Source of the DNA: an uncultured delta proteobacterium
Lineage (GTDB): Bacteria > Desulfobacterota > Desulfomonilia > UBA1062
Assembly: GCA_963785235.1 (NCBI GenBank)
Contig: CAWAUM010000002.1
Coordinates: forward strand, 160,001 to 224,000
Length of the DNA: 64,000 nucleotides
Direction of reading: 5' to 3'
Shown in pieces: positions 62,698-64,000 of the stretch. Within the stretch, counting starts at the first letter, position 1. Each line of letters begins with the position of its first letter. A model generated the notes under the pieces. The model ran no database searches. It was not told where the DNA came from and worked only from the letters and a program-made list of their open reading frames with translations. The translations under genes were made by a program, and so were the position numbers.

Positions 62698-64000
62698 TTA
62701 CTCGGCGTCCTCTTCGCTGATGTACTTGGTGAAGTCCACGATCTTCTCGTCTTCCTTCATGCGTATGGCGCGCACGCCCTGGGCCGAGCGCGTCCTGGTG
62801 GTGCGTATCTGGGAGACGGGCATGCGGATGATCTGGCCCGAGGTGGAGATGATCATGAGCTCGTCGGTCTCCTTGATCACCCTTACACCCACCAGGTCGC
62901 CAGTCTTCTTGGTGATGTGGACCGTATTCACACCCTTGCCGGCCCGGTTCTGGACCGGGTACTTGCTTACAACCGTCTTCTTGCCGAAGCCGTACTCGGT
63001 GAGGTTGATGACCATGTCCTCGTCGCTCGTGATGACGTCCATGCCGATAACCGAATCGCCCTCGTCGAGCCTGATGGCCCGCACGCCTTGGGCCTGGCGG
63101 CCCATGACGCGGACCTGGTCGGCCGGGAAGATGATGGCCTTGCCCGCCCTGGATGCAACGATGATGCGGGTGCTGCCGAAGGTGATGCGTGCCGACATCA
63201 CTTCGTCGCCCTGCTCCAGCGTGCAGGCGATGATGCCCGTGCGCACGATGTTGCTGAAGCTCTTGAGCTCGACCCGTTTGATGTTGGCCATGGCCGTTAC
63301 CATGACGACCTCGGCTTCCATGTTGATGTCGGTGGTGACCAAGATGGCGCAGATGCGCTCCTCTTTCTGGATGGGCCTGATGTTCACGATGGGTACGCCC
63401 TTGAGTGCGCGGTCGCGCTCCGGGATCTCGTAGACCTTGGTGTGGTAGACCCGGCCCTTGTTGGTGAAGTAGAGGATGGAGGTGTGGTTGGTGGCCACGA
63501 AGATGTGCTCGATGAAGTCGTCCTCACCGGTCAACGCCCCTTTTACCCCCACGCCGCCTCGCTTCTGGGTGCGGTACTTGTCGAGCTCGGTGCGCTTCAC
63601 ATAGCCCTTGCGGGTGATGGTGACCACCATCTTCTCATCAGCGATGAGGTCTTCCATGTTGAATTCGCCGATCTCGCCCTGCAGGATAAGGGTCCGCCTG
63701 GCGTCCGAGTAGTCGGCCTTGACCTCTTCCAGCTCCGCCCTGATGACCTTGAGCAGCTCATTGCGGTCGGAAAGGATGAGCTCGAGCCGGGCGATCTCTT
63801 TGGTAAGCGCTGCGTGCTCATCGGCGAGCTTGTCACGCTCCAGTCCGGTGAGCCTCTGGAGCCGCATGTCCAGGATGGCCTGGGCCTGGATCTCGGAGAA
63901 GCCGAAGCGCTCCATCAGGTTTACCCTTGCCTCGGGCGGGTTGGCCGATGCCTTGATGAGCGCAACGATCTCGTCGATGTGCTCCAGCGCCTTTAAGAGG
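62698..64000 (-). CDS. gyrA: DNA gyrase subunit A, C-terminal part (truncated by the window edge)
   Basis: QAQAILDMRLQRLTGLE, GyrA-box QKRGGVG, beta-pinwheel repeats. Confidence 0.95.
   Translation of the reverse strand, partial: LLKALEHIDEIVALIKASANPPEARVNLMERFGFSEIQAQAILDMRLQRLTGLERDKLADEHAALTKEIARLELILSDRNELLKVIRAELEEVKADYSDARRTLILQGEIGEFNMEDLIADEKMVVTITRKGYVKRTELDKYRTQKRGGVGVKGALTGEDDFIEHIFVATNHTSILYFTNKGRVYHTKVYEIPERDRALKGVPIVNIRPIQKEERICAILVTTDINMEAEVVMVTAMANIKRVELKSFSNIVRTGIIACTLEQGDEVMSARITFGSTRIIVASRAGKAIIFPADQVRVMGRQAQGVRAIRLDEGDSVIGMDVITSDEDMVINLTEYGFGKKTVVSKYPVQNRAGKGVNTVHITKKTGDLVGVRVIKETDELMIISTSGQIIRMPVSQIRTTRTRSAQGVRAIRMKEDEKIVDFTKYISEEDAE

Noticed and set aside
62684-63996. 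Long + strand ORFs (249 and 359 aa)
   Set aside because: Antisense to gyrA; open frames result from its GC-rich codon usage.

Overview
Chromosomal window of an anaerobic Gram-negative bacterium. Gene content (rubrerythrin, HDOD, sigma54 systems, rplM-rpsI-argC, many acyl-CoA enzymes) suggests a deltaproteobacterial/Desulfobacterota fatty-acid degrader; this is inference. In order, it holds a PerR/rubrerythrin/thiol-redox island, a hydroxy-acyl-CoA catabolic island (etfBA, ACAD10/11-type dehydrogenase plus kinase, AbfD-like dehydratase), pdxRST, an orphan ATP synthase c subunit paired with an output-less Cache sensor behind a sigma54 promoter, fadL, two two-component systems, housekeeping genes (relA/spoT, proS, ispG, rplM, rpsI, argC, mtgA, gyrA), an atypical polyhydroxyalkanoate (PHA) locus, and a repeat-expanded surface protein. 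The PHA locus comprises phaR, three tandem phasin-like paralogues, a divergent PhaC-like synthase, a PhaE/PhaF-like protein and a Cys-type depolymerase. About ten genes carry small frameshifts, probably assembly errors. I saw no tRNA, rRNA, CRISPR array or transposase. The best candidates for undescribed biology are the atpE-Cache operon, the PHA locus and the dual 4-hydroxyacyl-CoA island. All calls come from motif recognition by eye; no searches were run.
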